Below are positions 30,105 through 41,650 of a DNA stretch of 64,000 nucleotides, one piece after another. Position numbers and translations under genes: made by a program. The stretch lies in IMG/VR virus record IMGVR_UViG_3300010167_000013; one strand, written 5' to 3'. Below the pieces are notes generated by a model, which worked only from the letters and a program-made list of their open reading frames with translations, was not told where the DNA came from and searched no databases. The DNA is from a virus (Duplodnaviria; Caudoviricetes). Position 1 is the first letter of the stretch; each line of letters opens with the position of its first letter.

Positions 30105-31535
30105 ATGACACTGGATATCTACAACACTCATATTGAACTTTATCCATACAAACAAGATGACTATCCAGCACTAGAAGATTTGTACAGAGCTACCGATAAA
30201 TTTACTCTGAAGGAATATCCATGTGGGTACCTAATCGAAGATGGTAAGCTATTTCTTCCAAGAGGAACAAGCATTAGCAAGATAGAATACATGGTTGGTG
30301 CGAAGGCAAACCATAACTTTGAAAGCGACCCAAAGGAGAAGATGAGCAAGGAGTTTAGTTCACTATTCGAGCCTAGGAATAAACTACAGGAAGAAGCTAT
30401 TGATTTCCTAATGAATGATCCTAACCCCCAACTAGCGCTAAATGCAGCTCCCGGTACAGGAAAAAGTTTCATGGTCGCGTTTACTTCTACACAACTATCA
30501 GAGAAGACAATCATAATATCTCCAAATGAAGGATTGAAATCTCAGTGGATAGGAACATACCACAAGATGTTCAACTACAAGCCGAAGAATCTGATGAATA
30601 TATCTGGGTCTAATGTGATGGACTCTATCATATTGGATGAGGTGGAACCTGCCGATATATATTTCGTTAACCACGCTACTCTTCGTAATTACATAAATCA
30701 ACACAATGGATATGCTCTACACAAGTTCTTCAAGAAGATCAAGGTTGGAATAAAAGTATATGATGAATCCCATCTGGAGTTTGCAAATATACTACTGATA
30801 GACTTCTTCAGTAATACAGCACGCACATGGTACTTGACAGCTACATTTGATCGTAGTGACAAAACTGAATCTGTATGTTTCAAGAGAGCATTCAGTAGTG
30901 TTGAAACATATGGTGAGTATGAGTCTAAAACGTCCATGGAGAAGCATGTAGTATATCATGTTGTGAATATCAATAGTAGAATATCTCCCAAGGAAAGATA
31001 CAAGGTGATTCCATATGGAAGAGGGATGTCATCAGCTACATATGGGCAATATGCATTCAACCGCGATCCAAATCAGACAGCCTACAATACCATTCTTACT
31101 CTCATGGAGAAGATAAAAGACCTGGAAGGCAAGATCCTGATCTTTGTTCCACTCATTGAAGCTGTGGATGATATCGTAAGGAAATTGAAGATAGATTGTC
31201 CTGAGAGAACAGTAGCCGGGTATCACTCAAAGATATCAAAGGATGAAAAAGAATCTGCGATCAAAAAGGATACAATAGTATCTACCATTAAATCATGTGG
31301 TGTTGGGAGAGACATACCAGGGCTGAGATCCATCATATGCATAGAACCTCACTCCTCTCGTGTTGTTGCAGAACAGATGATTGGCCGACTACGTCCCTAC
31401 TCTGAAGATAAACTTACATACTTTTTCGACATAGTTGATATATCAATTGCCCCAGTAACATGGTGGTGGAAAGCTCGCCATAAAAAGATACAGGAGTTGG
31501 TGAAGGAAACAATCTATCTAAACTTGGATGAATAA
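30105..31535 (+). CDS. SF2 helicase (UvsW/XPB-like)
   Basis: APGTGKS, YDESH, LTAT, GRDIPGL, QMIGRLR. Confidence 0.9.
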   Translation: MTLDIYNTHIELYPYKQDDYPALEDLYRATDKFTLKEYPCGYLIEDGKLFLPRGTSISKIEYMVGAKANHNFESDPKEKMSKEFSSLFEPRNKLQEEAIDFLMNDPNPQLALNAAPGTGKSFMVAFTSTQLSEKTIIISPNEGLKSQWIGTYHKMFNYKPKNLMNISGSNVMDSIILDEVEPADIYFVNHATLRNYINQHNGYALHKFFKKIKVGIKVYDESHLEFANILLIDFFSNTARTWYLTATFDRSDKTESVCFKRAFSSVETYGEYESKTSMEKHVVYHVVNINSRISPKERYKVIPYGRGMSSATYGQYAFNRDPNQTAYNTILTLMEKIKDLEGKILIFVPLIEAVDDIVRKLKIDCPERTVAGYHSKISKDEKESAIKKDTIVSTIKSCGVGRDIPGLRSIICIEPHSSRVVAEQMIGRLRPYSEDKLTYFFDIVDISIAPVTWWWKARHKKIQELVKETIYLNLDE

Positions 31536-31576
31536 AAAAATAAACCCTGGATATTCTCCAGGGTTTATTTTTTTAT
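31532..31576. terminator. Bidirectional terminator
   Basis: A-tract AAACCCTGGA-TATTC-TCCAGGGTTT T-tract between convergent genes. Confidence 0.8.
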
Positions 31577-31579
31577 GAC

Positions 31580-32017
31580 TCATACACATTCGAAGATCAC
31601 TTCATCTGCCCAGGCGCACATTTTTCTTTCCATGACAAATATGCTGTGAGATCCTGATCTGATGGAATAGCAAAGATTGTCGGTGGCTATTCTTAGACTG
31701 TCCTCTGGAGTTCCATACACATCACATGCTACATACGATATGTAGGACTCACAGTTGTTGACCTTCAGTTTGCCAGCGTATTCACGGGAGCGCTTCATGT
31801 TCCCTTCTTTCTTCTCGCCAAGATACTTGAGAGGTGATATACTACCTATATCTAGTGCGGTTCGAAGCTCAATGAATATGTTACCCCATGCCCCATATGC
31901 GCTGGAGTAGTAATACGGGTTAGACCAAAGGCTTTCACGGATTTTAAAACTGTAGAGCTTTTCTGTTGTGTAGAATTCTGTTACATCAGATATGAATCTA
32001 TCCAATCTTTCCAACAC
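31580..32017 (-). CDS. Hypothetical protein
   Basis: 145 aa, GGAGGAG RBS. Confidence 0.7.
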   Translation of the reverse strand: MLERLDRFISDVTEFYTTEKLYSFKIRESLWSNPYYYSSAYGAWGNIFIELRTALDIGSISPLKYLGEKKEGNMKRSREYAGKLKVNNCESYISYVACDVYGTPEDSLRIATDNLCYSIRSGSHSIFVMERKMCAWADEVIFECV

Positions 32018-32192
32018 CGTAACTCCTCCCTCTAGAGATGTGTTTCCTCATCAGCTGTTAATTTAGGTAGATCAGTATGGCATCATCTAACCAGATATGA
32101 TCTCCGCCTTGAAACCTGTATTAGTTACGAAGGTTCCGTGTACTTTCAATTGGATCGTGACTATACCTCCTATGGTATTTTTTTTGTTTTTA

Positions 32193-32522
32193 TTACCAAA
32201 TCCTATGACGTCTGCCGCCTTCGACTAACTCTCCTGCTTCCAAATACTCGCGTTCATGACGCTTGAGTTTCTCGATATCGAGTTCATAAGCATCATTGTA
32301 GTAATGCTTTAAAATCCTCGGGGCTTCATAAAACACAACCACCTTATTGCCCCAGTCGTTATATTCCTCATGATTTGGAGTTAAAGCTTGTTCCGCCCAC
32401 TTGACCGCGTCAGCCGATGGTACAATTCCGCCATCCGTATACTCTAACTTGATGTCCCCTTTTCTCAGGCGTGCTAATAATACTTTTCGCACTCTGTAGA
32501 AGTCGCTTGCATTTTTTCTCAT
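32193..32522 (-). CDS. Hypothetical protein
   Basis: 109 aa, GGGAGGT RBS, early-like motif 32568-32577. Confidence 0.7.
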   Translation of the reverse strand: MRKNASDFYRVRKVLLARLRKGDIKLEYTDGGIVPSADAVKWAEQALTPNHEEYNDWGNKVVVFYEAPRILKHYYNDAYELDIEKLKRHEREYLEAGELVEGGRRHRIW

Positions 32523-32666
32523 CTGATTATACCTCCCAGTATAATATTTTATTTTTGTTACATACTAAGAATATATACATATCACAGAAGGATATACGAT
32601 TTATAATTATATATTATAAACAGTACCTAAGTAGTTCATTAGTTATCTCAAAAGGAGGAAGTATGC

Positions 32667-33272
32667 ATGATTGAAGTAACAAACCCTGGAGAAATGGATA
32701 TGGCGGTCAAATATGCCACCTGCAAGATCCTGGATGTCATGGGTGATCTAGTTCCACGATTTGGTGTTGAGAAGGCAGTTTCAATGCTGGAAGAGGCAGT
32801 GGCCGATATAATCGAGTATTATACCGTTGATTATGAAAAGGGTGATCATTGCTGCTGCAACGAAGAAGAGGAATGCTGTGATGTAGATGGGTGTGAGAAT
32901 GCAAGTACCCCAGATGCTCCAACTATTCCCGTCGGCCCAACCAAGAAAAAGAAGAAGTCCAAGAAAGGAAAGTCGGTGAAGGGTGAGTTGAAAACATCTC
33001 TACTCAGTGCTTCGCCAACTACCGAACTTCGTTACTTCGAGAAGTACATGAAGAATCATCTTGATGCTCAGTTTGAAAAATCAATGAAGAAGATGCAGGA
33101 GAAGATCCTGAAGAAGGTGACAACAAGAACCATGGAATACATCAAGGGCAGGCAACTGGTGACTAATTTTAGGTTTGAGGAATACATGGAAGAGTTACTG
33201 GAACGCTTGGAGAGGAATAATCCTGGATGGGTAATACCCAAACACGAAGATATTCTTGATGTCATAGAGTGA
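32667..33272 (+). CDS. Hypothetical protein with Cys/acidic cluster
   Basis: HCCCNEEEECCDVDGC; RBS; early motif 32605-32617. Confidence 0.75.
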   Translation: MIEVTNPGEMDMAVKYATCKILDVMGDLVPRFGVEKAVSMLEEAVADIIEYYTVDYEKGDHCCCNEEEECCDVDGCENASTPDAPTIPVGPTKKKKKSKKGKSVKGELKTSLLSASPTTELRYFEKYMKNHLDAQFEKSMKKMQEKILKKVTTRTMEYIKGRQLVTNFRFEEYMEELLERLERNNPGWVIPKHEDILDVIE

Positions 33273-33312
33273 TGAAAGTAGGAGGGATTCACTCCCTCCT
33301 ACTTTTTTGTTT

Positions 33313-36300
33313 TTAGTTCAAATCAAACACTGGATTGTTGCGAACAATCCTTCCTGTTCTTTTCTTCGAATTGATATTCACCGAATTGAAGTCATATATC
33401 TTGTACGCAGCTTCGTTACGAGTATGAACTAATTCTCCTAGCTCGTCATACAACCTGGCTGTTGTTCCGTACCATTCATCATCACTAATAACAACGTGTT
33501 CATGAATAGGAGAGTTTGGGTTATTGATCTCCTCGACCCACTCATCGTTCAAGAGATCTGCTATCTCATCATCCGTAATCGGTTTGAATCCGAACTGTTC
33601 GAATCTCATATTCGACCCACTGAGAGAAACTCCTTCCAGTGTAGGTATGTCAATCAGCATGAACTGATATGAAGAGCTATCAAGTCCAATTATTGGCATA
33701 TCTCCAGGAACATGTATTCTCTGGATGATGTCATCTTCTTCATCTACATTTGGAGGATAATCCTTGAATGACGGATGTGTTTGTTCTACCTGATTCCATA
33801 CGGGTGACAGTAGATATTCTTGTTCTTCCAGACTGTAGTTATCATCCGGAAGTGTTCCTTCAATTGCTTTGTCTAGATATGTTTCGTAATTCCAGTAGGC
33901 AAATGGTCTACCGTATGAACTGGATCTCATTTCCAAGAACATGTCACTGAAGAATTCATTTGGGTCTCTGTTGACTTCGATTATCTCAAAATTCCTCAGG
34001 GATTTTAGTCCATGTAAAATTATCTTTGATGGAGAAATAATTGTTACCTCATCATACAGTAGCCTTCCGTTCATCCAGAACTCGAAGTACTTCTTGTTCA
34101 GTGGCTTATTTATTTTTCCTTCCAGGTTGATATATCCATGGCTAGGAACCCTCCTCTGAACATACACCGACCGCATTGGGTATGGGACTGAATGTATCTC
34201 CAGATGTTCATACCTACGATATAGATTCATGAAGGTGACATCTGTTCCAGTAGATGTTTCCCTAGTATGAAATGATGGCATCCCAGTAGATGGGTTGATC
34301 AAAGGGAACCTTCCTCTGTCGGTGATGATGTACAGTCTTTCGTGATGAATGTTGTAATTCGGGATATGAAACTTCGGAGATAGTATCCAGTTTGGTTCGA
34401 TGAATGACCATGTCTGTGGGGTCTTACTTATTATGATATCATAGTCATATGGCCCATCTAGATCATACTGGACTATTACCTTGAACTCTTCCGGAACTGG
34501 AGCTAGCTCATTGGTTACATTGTGAATATAACCATCTCCGTATAATTCCTGCTCCTCTGTCTTGAACTCGATCAGTACAACACCCATTTGGAGTCGTGTC
34601 TGACTACTCTTCTGATATACTTGGAACTCTAGTGCTATGTTTTCTGTCGGAGGATTTGGACAGTGAACTGGAGTGAACGTGAGCATTGGTGCATATTCTC
34701 CAAGTTGTGCTGTCACAGTACCAAAAATATGAATACCAAATTCTTGGTTCCATCCCCAGACAGGTCCATCGGAGAAATCTTCTCCAGCTTTGGAAATAAT
34801 AGACTGGATCATTCTGGTGTTGGTTTCATATCCTCTGTTGAATGCTCTGTTATCCTTGAAACGAACCTCAAACATCTGCCTGTCAAGAATGTCTTCGAAC
34901 CTGTTGGCTGATCTGTTGAATATCTTGATGTCCTTCAGATGAATTTGATTTTTGTAGTGTTTGTAGTTGGCTAATTTGAAGTCCATTTCATATCCAAGTG
35001 GATCTCCTTCAGAAAATCCAATGGTGAAACTTTCCCTCTGTTCATACGGAAACAGCTTCCTAATCCTGATGCTCTTCCCTGTGTCAACAGGCATGTTTAT
35101 TGCACTAGTTTTTACTTCATCGATAATAGATGTGTAGATGTCCATGACAGCATTTCTCTTGAGGTCAACGGCTCTCATCTGGTTGGAGGGGAGTTTATTC
35201 CAATAGAACTTCATGTTGTATGCGTACAGTCCCTCTTCCAGGAAAGTCAATCTGAATCCCCAGTCTTCGTTATCAGGATCATCTCTTACTTCAAGCTTCC
35301 ATCTTTCCTCGTTGTGTAGGTCTTCCCATTTCATCAGTGTCCAATTGAACACAGATAGATCATCTACAGTCATCTCATGGATATACATGGTCTTATTTAC
35401 TTTCTCTGGAATATGTTCCCTGGGATATTTCCCATCGACTATTCCATCCTGAATCTCTGTGAACGATTTCGTTCTCCATGGGGCTGATGGATATTGTTGT
35501 TTGATGTTTGGGAAGTCTGGATACCAGTCTACGTTCATCCAATCAACATCGATATGATTCCACTTCAGATCAGCAACAATGGGAAGATTGTATACAAAGA
35601 ACCCAGCAACAACGAATGTGCGTATTCTGTAGATCATTCTGTGTCCATTGTTCGTCTCATCTGATTCTACAGCTACTCTCTTCCCAACAGAACCTTCTGG
35701 CCATTCGTTTCTATGCTTCGGTAGATCAGCAAATGTGGGTACTGTAAGATCGACCTTCAGAGTACCAAGCAGCTCTTCAATAGAATCAATCTGTTGTACC
35801 AATACTAGTTTGATATCAACGTCTTCTCCACTAGATATGATATCCTTGGATACTGTGAATTCTTTTACTTCCCAGCTTTCCTTGAGTTCAAATCCGGCAT
35901 TGTGAAAACGAAGATGTTCGAACAATTGATACTCTCCCCTAGATGCACCTGGAGGAAGTCTTAGTTCATCTTTGATGAATGGATGAGTTGGTGGAATTAG
36001 ATTCATCACCCTATTCCATCTGTCCTCACTCAGAGGATCTATTCCTCCCTGATACCAACCACCATCAGGATCTCCGATTGGAGGATCGATTATGTCAGGC
36101 ATTTTCACAGATGGGTACATGAATGTACTATTCCTGTCATCGCCATCTGACTCGTCAAATCGTTTTGAAATGAATTCTATTCCTGGGTACGAGAGTGTTG
36201 CATCCTTTTTTATTCCTTCTTCAGGGATCCTGTCGTAGTAGGAAATTGTGAACTCATCGTCTATGTTGTTCATGCTGTCTGTTATCACTTCACCGTTTAG

Positions 36301-39300
36301 TGTCTGAGGATCCTTCCGCTCAAATACTAATTTACCATCGGCCATATCTATGTACGATATTCCCTTGTATGGTTCGTACAGTAGAGCAGCTACCTTCAAT
36401 CTCAGGGCGAATTGAGTTGCATCAACAAATATATCCTGTCCAACAGAATACCCTGCTCCAGGATCTTTTATCACAATATCATCTATCCTGTACACAAAGT
36501 ATTGATCTGCTGGAATAAATATGGAAGAATTCTTGAGACCCAGTACATCGTTTGCATTGACGTAGACAACATCAATCTTTCCTGGATGTAGTATATTGTC
36601 ACTGTCCTCACGACGTTGATAACACTTGGTGACCTGTCTTCCTCCTATGAATACCTCATACGTCATGTTCAGGTCATGTATATTTTCAAACTTGAACATG
36701 AATAGATCATTATCATCTACTTGCTGGGTTGAATTGAGAGATGGATTTTCGGTGTTCAATATGCTACTATCCTTCAGTAACAGCTCAACACAGAATATGT
36801 CTACAGTCAGTCCACTTCCTATTCCGGTCCTTGTGATTGTTTTTCTTATTCCCCATATCGGATATGGAAGAGCATAATCCATCAATGGTTGTAGACCTAA
36901 TACATTTCCATCCTCTGTGGTTGTAACTTGGAATAATACTACATCATTGCGTATCACATCATCTAGTGCTGGGAACAACGACTCTTCATCTTCATTCACC
37001 GGTATTTCTGGTATTATCTCGATGATGTCTCCAGCCCTGTATCCTTTCCCTCTCAGTGCTGGGAGAACATTTCTGATTCGATACCAATGATCCTGAGGAA
37101 GATTACCAAGGTCAACAGATTCTATCTTGGTAATTGTTCCTGAGACAATTCCTTCAATCGGTATTACATGTGATGGTATACTCACGGTGATTGTATTTTT
37201 TATTTGCCCCAACCAAGCATCAAGACGAATAATCTCGTCACTCAGTTCATCTATCTTTTCACTTGGATCCCATCTTGGAAATACTTCCTTTTTGTAGATC
37301 CATATTGCTTCTCTAGAATCCTGAATCTTATCCAGAACTCTTGGTACATCCCTCCATGCGATTCCAATTCCCATGAACACCAGAAGCTCATCATAGATAG
37401 ATCTTACCTCATTATCATGGAGGAGAAAATCTTCATCAACTAGATCATTAGCATCTGCATATCGATATACATTGTGAATTAGTTTTTCAAAATCTCCTGC
37501 AAATTCCTGGAGATTAACCTTGTATCTGATATCGATGAATGTCTTACTCGGAGGAATTATTGTCTTGAGTAAGTTCAATACATCCGTCATGTAATTCTGA
37601 GTTCCAGATGTGACGTACTCAGAAAATACATCTACAATATCATTCCAATCCTTATCCACCTCATCTATGCTACTCAACAACAGATTGTATTCCGTGTTGT
37701 TGGATGGGTTGACTGTCAATACGAACTGGGTTATTCTGGATAAAATATTTCTTACTCTGACTATCAGTGGTAATATGATCGTATCATTGGATATTGCTTC
37801 TCTTGTTGAAGATATTGCTTTCACCATGAACCCAGAGCCAATACCACTGGATATACTATCGTACGGTCGAATCTGAGTGCATGGATCCCTGAAGTTGGTC
37901 TTCCGATAGTTGGTATCCTCTACCTCTTTGACCTTGAATGTTTCTCCCTCAGTGTCAACAACTTTGTATGATCCCAACTTCGGAATGAACACCACATCTC
38001 CAACTTCATGACGGAATCCACCATTGTAGATTTCTATCTCATCTATCTCAAAAACTTCCGAGTAACTAGGCCATCCACTATCTGGTACATATGGCTCATT
38101 GATAATATCCATGTATTCCAGTAGAGATAAAATTATTGCCAATCTATCTTCAAGTATAGTCAAGAAGGGACTTGGTACTTCTGTAGTATCCAGTAGTACT
38201 TCAAATACGTCTCCCTCATGTTCCACGAATGCATACCAGTCCCAGTAGATAGTATCTACGTTGTCCAGTGCCTCTTCTGCTTCCCACCTACGATTTTCAC
38301 CAGCGATATATGAGACAGCCTCAAGCATCTTCTCCAGATTCAAAACAAAATCAGATCCGAACACCTTCTCGGTATCACTGATATCAAACCCATCAAATGA
38401 ATTCAGTAATTCGATTATCTCGAATATGGTATCCTTGAGGTCGTTTCTCGCATCATAGTACGATTCGATGTGAATGTTGAAGCTATTGATCATGTCTTGA
38501 GCATTGTCAAATCTATCCACAATATCTTGAGTAGGAGTGATACTCCTATCCAACCAAAATAACTCAACGGCTGCTCTGAACTTACCAAGATCCACTTTGA
38601 CATTCTCAACTAGTTCTACGAAGAATTGCACCTCTTCATTCGAGTAGGTTTTCCTTGGATCAAAACTACTGTTCAATAGTGCTGATGAAACAAAGAATGC
38701 ATTTCTCTTCTCTTTGACATCTGTAGACCACGGATCAAGAAATTCATTGATCTCTCCAACAACACTGATGTCATCTGGATTAGTCTTCGAATGATCAAGG
38801 TATGAACGAAGATCGTTGACACAGAGCATGAATGCAGCCATGTCGAATCCTTCAACCCGTATCATCACCTCATTGATCTTGTCAGCCAATGTGCCCACTA
38901 TATCATTGATATCGGAGAGTAGATCTTTTTTCTCGTTGTACACATTCTTTTCTTCGATGTGTACTCTCACTTCTGAAATTATAATTTTTACCTCATCAAG
39001 AATACCCTTGTGTCTGAGAAGTCCAGCAGCAATCCAGTTGATATCCTCGATGGAGTAGACATACATATTTAGGTTGTTGATAAAGTCCATTATCTCTTCC
39101 ATGTTACTAAGGAGCTTCTGGATAATGTCCCTCAGACCTTCGATTTGATCAATGTCCAGATTGTAATGTTCGATCGACAGTTGATCGAGTACCCAGGCAA
39201 TATTTGTGAAAATATCCATGGTTACATCAATTATCTCTGTCTGTATCTCTAGGATGATTGGACTGATCCTTCTCATGTCAAATGTACTTGGAGGCCTCTT

Positions 39301-41538
39301 GAGTAATCTTGATTCATATTCCCAGTCATCCATGATTCTGATGATGTAATCGAAGTAGGATGGTATCCAGTGTTTATTCAGGTAGACCTCAAAATTTGTG
39401 ATTCTTTTGAAGTCATTCCAATTGAGCTCAATGGATTCCTTCATTTTAGATACTGCATCATCGAATGGGAATTCAAAATTAGAACTCTTCAGATATGCAG
39501 CCAATCCTAACTTGAAGTATGGATCCATCGTCTGTAGAAACAAATCATTGAATCGCTGATACGATGGGTTGTTGATGATGTACTCGATTACTTCCCATCT
39601 TTGTTGGGTCATTAGTAGTCCTTTGTAGATAGAACGTATTCCCATCCAGTAGAACTTCTCCATGAATATATCCCTGTAGACTGCGGATGGTTCATGGTGA
39701 AACTCAAGAACATCTTCATTCCAGGTAGAGGTCGGTCTACTGATATCTCTCGATTCATCTAGTACATTCATTGTGTCGGAATAAAAAAAGAATGCCTTGA
39801 ACACACGATTGTGTACTGGGGATATTCCGTCTAGCAGATATACATCAGGAAACTGATGATGCACTTGAACCGGAGAGGGTCTCCATACCTTGTCATTGAC
39901 ATTGTACTCAAATATCCAGAAATCATTCTCCTCAACAGGTCTCTGAAATCTGACTTTGCCAATTAACTCCTTGGGGTCCTTCCAGATGTGTCTGTTGTAG
40001 ATTCCCCTCAGTATCTCAACAATGTAATATTTGTCAACTAGTTCAGTTGGTATTGTGATCAGAGTTGAAGACATCTGCCAGAAGTTCATATCCCATGCAC
40101 TTGTTGGATGGAACCAGACACTCAAGTCTCCATTGATTCTGATATCCTCAACAGCTGGCATGAATTGATTATCAAAGATAGCGTTGTAGATGAAATCATG
40201 ATCTGCTCTTCTTTTCTCGTAGAATTTATTCTGGGTATCTCTGATTGAAGTTATTTTCTTCACTAGATCATTGAGCTGTTCGTTCAGACCATCATCATCC
40301 ACATCTTGGTATTTCAGATACATTCCAAACTCATCTATCTGTTTGGCTCCCTCGACAATCACATCTCGTAGGTTTCTAACTTCTTCCACTAGAGAATCAA
40401 ATGGTTCAACTAGCGGATTCTCATACGCATCCGACAGAACTATCGGTCGAATCATCTGTTGCCAACCGTCGAATGAAGATAGTATATTTCCCTTGATATC
40501 TACGTAGACTTGTTTGTCTTCATCTGTATTGGTCATAACCTTCTTCACCGCAACAGATTTCGATACCAGGACCGGTCGTATTCCTGGTTCATATGAGCGA
40601 TGTATCACATCAACTGGAAGCATTATCGGGTACTCATGGAAAAACTTCGGTACAACTATCGACATCCACAACCATTCTGATAGCTCAGACATGATGTATG
40701 TTTTGTTGATGTTGCTGATATTATTGAGATCAATATACCCATCTACCACATCAACAAACTCTAGATTGTCTCCCAATACTTCAATTCTAGTCTGTCCATC
40801 TTTTCTGTATTCGGGATCACTGATCTTGTTGAATGTCAACATTACCTTGGAGCTATTCATGATTCTCTTGTCACTGATGTATCCCACTGGTACTTTCCAA
40901 TTCCATTGGTTCTCACATAGTTCTCTACTGATGAGAGCACGATATTGAAAGTTGGTATCAAACTTGTAGATGTACACTGGGTAGTTTTTCAGCACCCAGT
41001 AATCATTGTACTGAAACTTCAGTGTAATCTCTTGCTCATCAATGAATATTTTGTACTCGGAGTATATCTTCTGATTGATGAACAACATCAGATGCCATCC
41101 GAAGATATCCCAGTTATTCAGGATATCTTCAACCCTAATCCATGTGCGATAGAACTGAGATAGTTTGAATCGATCTCTCTCGTTGGGATGTATCCAGGTA
41201 TTCCATGGGATTCTGTATTCACAGAGATTGGTGCTTGGAATGTATGTCATGTCAGACATACTACACTCATGCTTGAAGAAGTTGGTGTTGTCATGGTTGC
41301 TTGCTACTAGTTTATGTGATGAATTCAGATAGATATCAGTCAATGATTCTCTTAGTACTTGTTCATCGAATGAATTATTCAGCACAGCATTGTTTCTGAA
41401 GACAGATGATCTGGACCCATCTGAGTCAGGAATGTGGTACCCTTGTTCTATGACATCATTATGATTGGATATCATATCTGCTGTACTGAGGTACTCGTCG
41501 AAAGCATCCCGATACCATTGAGGATTGTAGCTGCCCAT
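33313..41538 (-). CDS. Giant virion structural protein (baseplate-like), 2741 aa
   Basis: Acidic and aromatic-rich, repeated G.GY..GD motifs, no early motif. Function inferred. Confidence 0.6.
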   Translation of the reverse strand: MGSYNPQWYRDAFDEYLSTADMISNHNDVIEQGYHIPDSDGSRSSVFRNNAVLNNSFDEQVLRESLTDIYLNSSHKLVASNHDNTNFFKHECSMSDMTYIPSTNLCEYRIPWNTWIHPNERDRFKLSQFYRTWIRVEDILNNWDIFGWHLMLFINQKIYSEYKIFIDEQEITLKFQYNDYWVLKNYPVYIYKFDTNFQYRALISRELCENQWNWKVPVGYISDKRIMNSSKVMLTFNKISDPEYRKDGQTRIEVLGDNLEFVDVVDGYIDLNNISNINKTYIMSELSEWLWMSIVVPKFFHEYPIMLPVDVIHRSYEPGIRPVLVSKSVAVKKVMTNTDEDKQVYVDIKGNILSSFDGWQQMIRPIVLSDAYENPLVEPFDSLVEEVRNLRDVIVEGAKQIDEFGMYLKYQDVDDDGLNEQLNDLVKKITSIRDTQNKFYEKRRADHDFIYNAIFDNQFMPAVEDIRINGDLSVWFHPTSAWDMNFWQMSSTLITIPTELVDKYYIVEILRGIYNRHIWKDPKELIGKVRFQRPVEENDFWIFEYNVNDKVWRPSPVQVHHQFPDVYLLDGISPVHNRVFKAFFFYSDTMNVLDESRDISRPTSTWNEDVLEFHHEPSAVYRDIFMEKFYWMGIRSIYKGLLMTQQRWEVIEYIINNPSYQRFNDLFLQTMDPYFKLGLAAYLKSSNFEFPFDDAVSKMKESIELNWNDFKRITNFEVYLNKHWIPSYFDYIIRIMDDWEYESRLLKRPPSTFDMRRISPIILEIQTEIIDVTMDIFTNIAWVLDQLSIEHYNLDIDQIEGLRDIIQKLLSNMEEIMDFINNLNMYVYSIEDINWIAAGLLRHKGILDEVKIIISEVRVHIEEKNVYNEKKDLLSDINDIVGTLADKINEVMIRVEGFDMAAFMLCVNDLRSYLDHSKTNPDDISVVGEINEFLDPWSTDVKEKRNAFFVSSALLNSSFDPRKTYSNEEVQFFVELVENVKVDLGKFRAAVELFWLDRSITPTQDIVDRFDNAQDMINSFNIHIESYYDARNDLKDTIFEIIELLNSFDGFDISDTEKVFGSDFVLNLEKMLEAVSYIAGENRRWEAEEALDNVDTIYWDWYAFVEHEGDVFEVLLDTTEVPSPFLTILEDRLAIILSLLEYMDIINEPYVPDSGWPSYSEVFEIDEIEIYNGGFRHEVGDVVFIPKLGSYKVVDTEGETFKVKEVEDTNYRKTNFRDPCTQIRPYDSISSGIGSGFMVKAISSTREAISNDTIILPLIVRVRNILSRITQFVLTVNPSNNTEYNLLLSSIDEVDKDWNDIVDVFSEYVTSGTQNYMTDVLNLLKTIIPPSKTFIDIRYKVNLQEFAGDFEKLIHNVYRYADANDLVDEDFLLHDNEVRSIYDELLVFMGIGIAWRDVPRVLDKIQDSREAIWIYKKEVFPRWDPSEKIDELSDEIIRLDAWLGQIKNTITVSIPSHVIPIEGIVSGTITKIESVDLGNLPQDHWYRIRNVLPALRGKGYRAGDIIEIIPEIPVNEDEESLFPALDDVIRNDVVLFQVTTTEDGNVLGLQPLMDYALPYPIWGIRKTITRTGIGSGLTVDIFCVELLLKDSSILNTENPSLNSTQQVDDNDLFMFKFENIHDLNMTYEVFIGGRQVTKCYQRREDSDNILHPGKIDVVYVNANDVLGLKNSSIFIPADQYFVYRIDDIVIKDPGAGYSVGQDIFVDATQFALRLKVAALLYEPYKGISYIDMADGKLVFERKDPQTLNGEVITDSMNNIDDEFTISYYDRIPEEGIKKDATLSYPGIEFISKRFDESDGDDRNSTFMYPSVKMPDIIDPPIGDPDGGWYQGGIDPLSEDRWNRVMNLIPPTHPFIKDELRLPPGASRGEYQLFEHLRFHNAGFELKESWEVKEFTVSKDIISSGEDVDIKLVLVQQIDSIEELLGTLKVDLTVPTFADLPKHRNEWPEGSVGKRVAVESDETNNGHRMIYRIRTFVVAGFFVYNLPIVADLKWNHIDVDWMNVDWYPDFPNIKQQYPSAPWRTKSFTEIQDGIVDGKYPREHIPEKVNKTMYIHEMTVDDLSVFNWTLMKWEDLHNEERWKLEVRDDPDNEDWGFRLTFLEEGLYAYNMKFYWNKLPSNQMRAVDLKRNAVMDIYTSIIDEVKTSAINMPVDTGKSIRIRKLFPYEQRESFTIGFSEGDPLGYEMDFKLANYKHYKNQIHLKDIKIFNRSANRFEDILDRQMFEVRFKDNRAFNRGYETNTRMIQSIISKAGEDFSDGPVWGWNQEFGIHIFGTVTAQLGEYAPMLTFTPVHCPNPPTENIALEFQVYQKSSQTRLQMGVVLIEFKTEEQELYGDGYIHNVTNELAPVPEEFKVIVQYDLDGPYDYDIIISKTPQTWSFIEPNWILSPKFHIPNYNIHHERLYIITDRGRFPLINPSTGMPSFHTRETSTGTDVTFMNLYRRYEHLEIHSVPYPMRSVYVQRRVPSHGYINLEGKINKPLNKKYFEFWMNGRLLYDEVTIISPSKIILHGLKSLRNFEIIEVNRDPNEFFSDMFLEMRSSSYGRPFAYWNYETYLDKAIEGTLPDDNYSLEEQEYLLSPVWNQVEQTHPSFKDYPPNVDEEDDIIQRIHVPGDMPIIGLDSSSYQFMLIDIPTLEGVSLSGSNMRFEQFGFKPITDDEIADLLNDEWVEEINNPNSPIHEHVVISDDEWYGTTARLYDELGELVHTRNEAAYKIYDFNSVNINSKKRTGRIVRNNPVFDLN

Positions 41539-41650
41539 TAGTATCTCCCCTTGTCATATAATGGTTTAATAGTGGGTCAAGAGTATGATATATGATACTG
41601 ACCAAATTTTAACAATATTACAGACTTTGTCCACAAGGAGGATATGAATA

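Noticed and set aside
32030-32170. Small ORF after a GGAGGT site
   Set aside because: No well-placed start codon and an early stop; at most a remnant.
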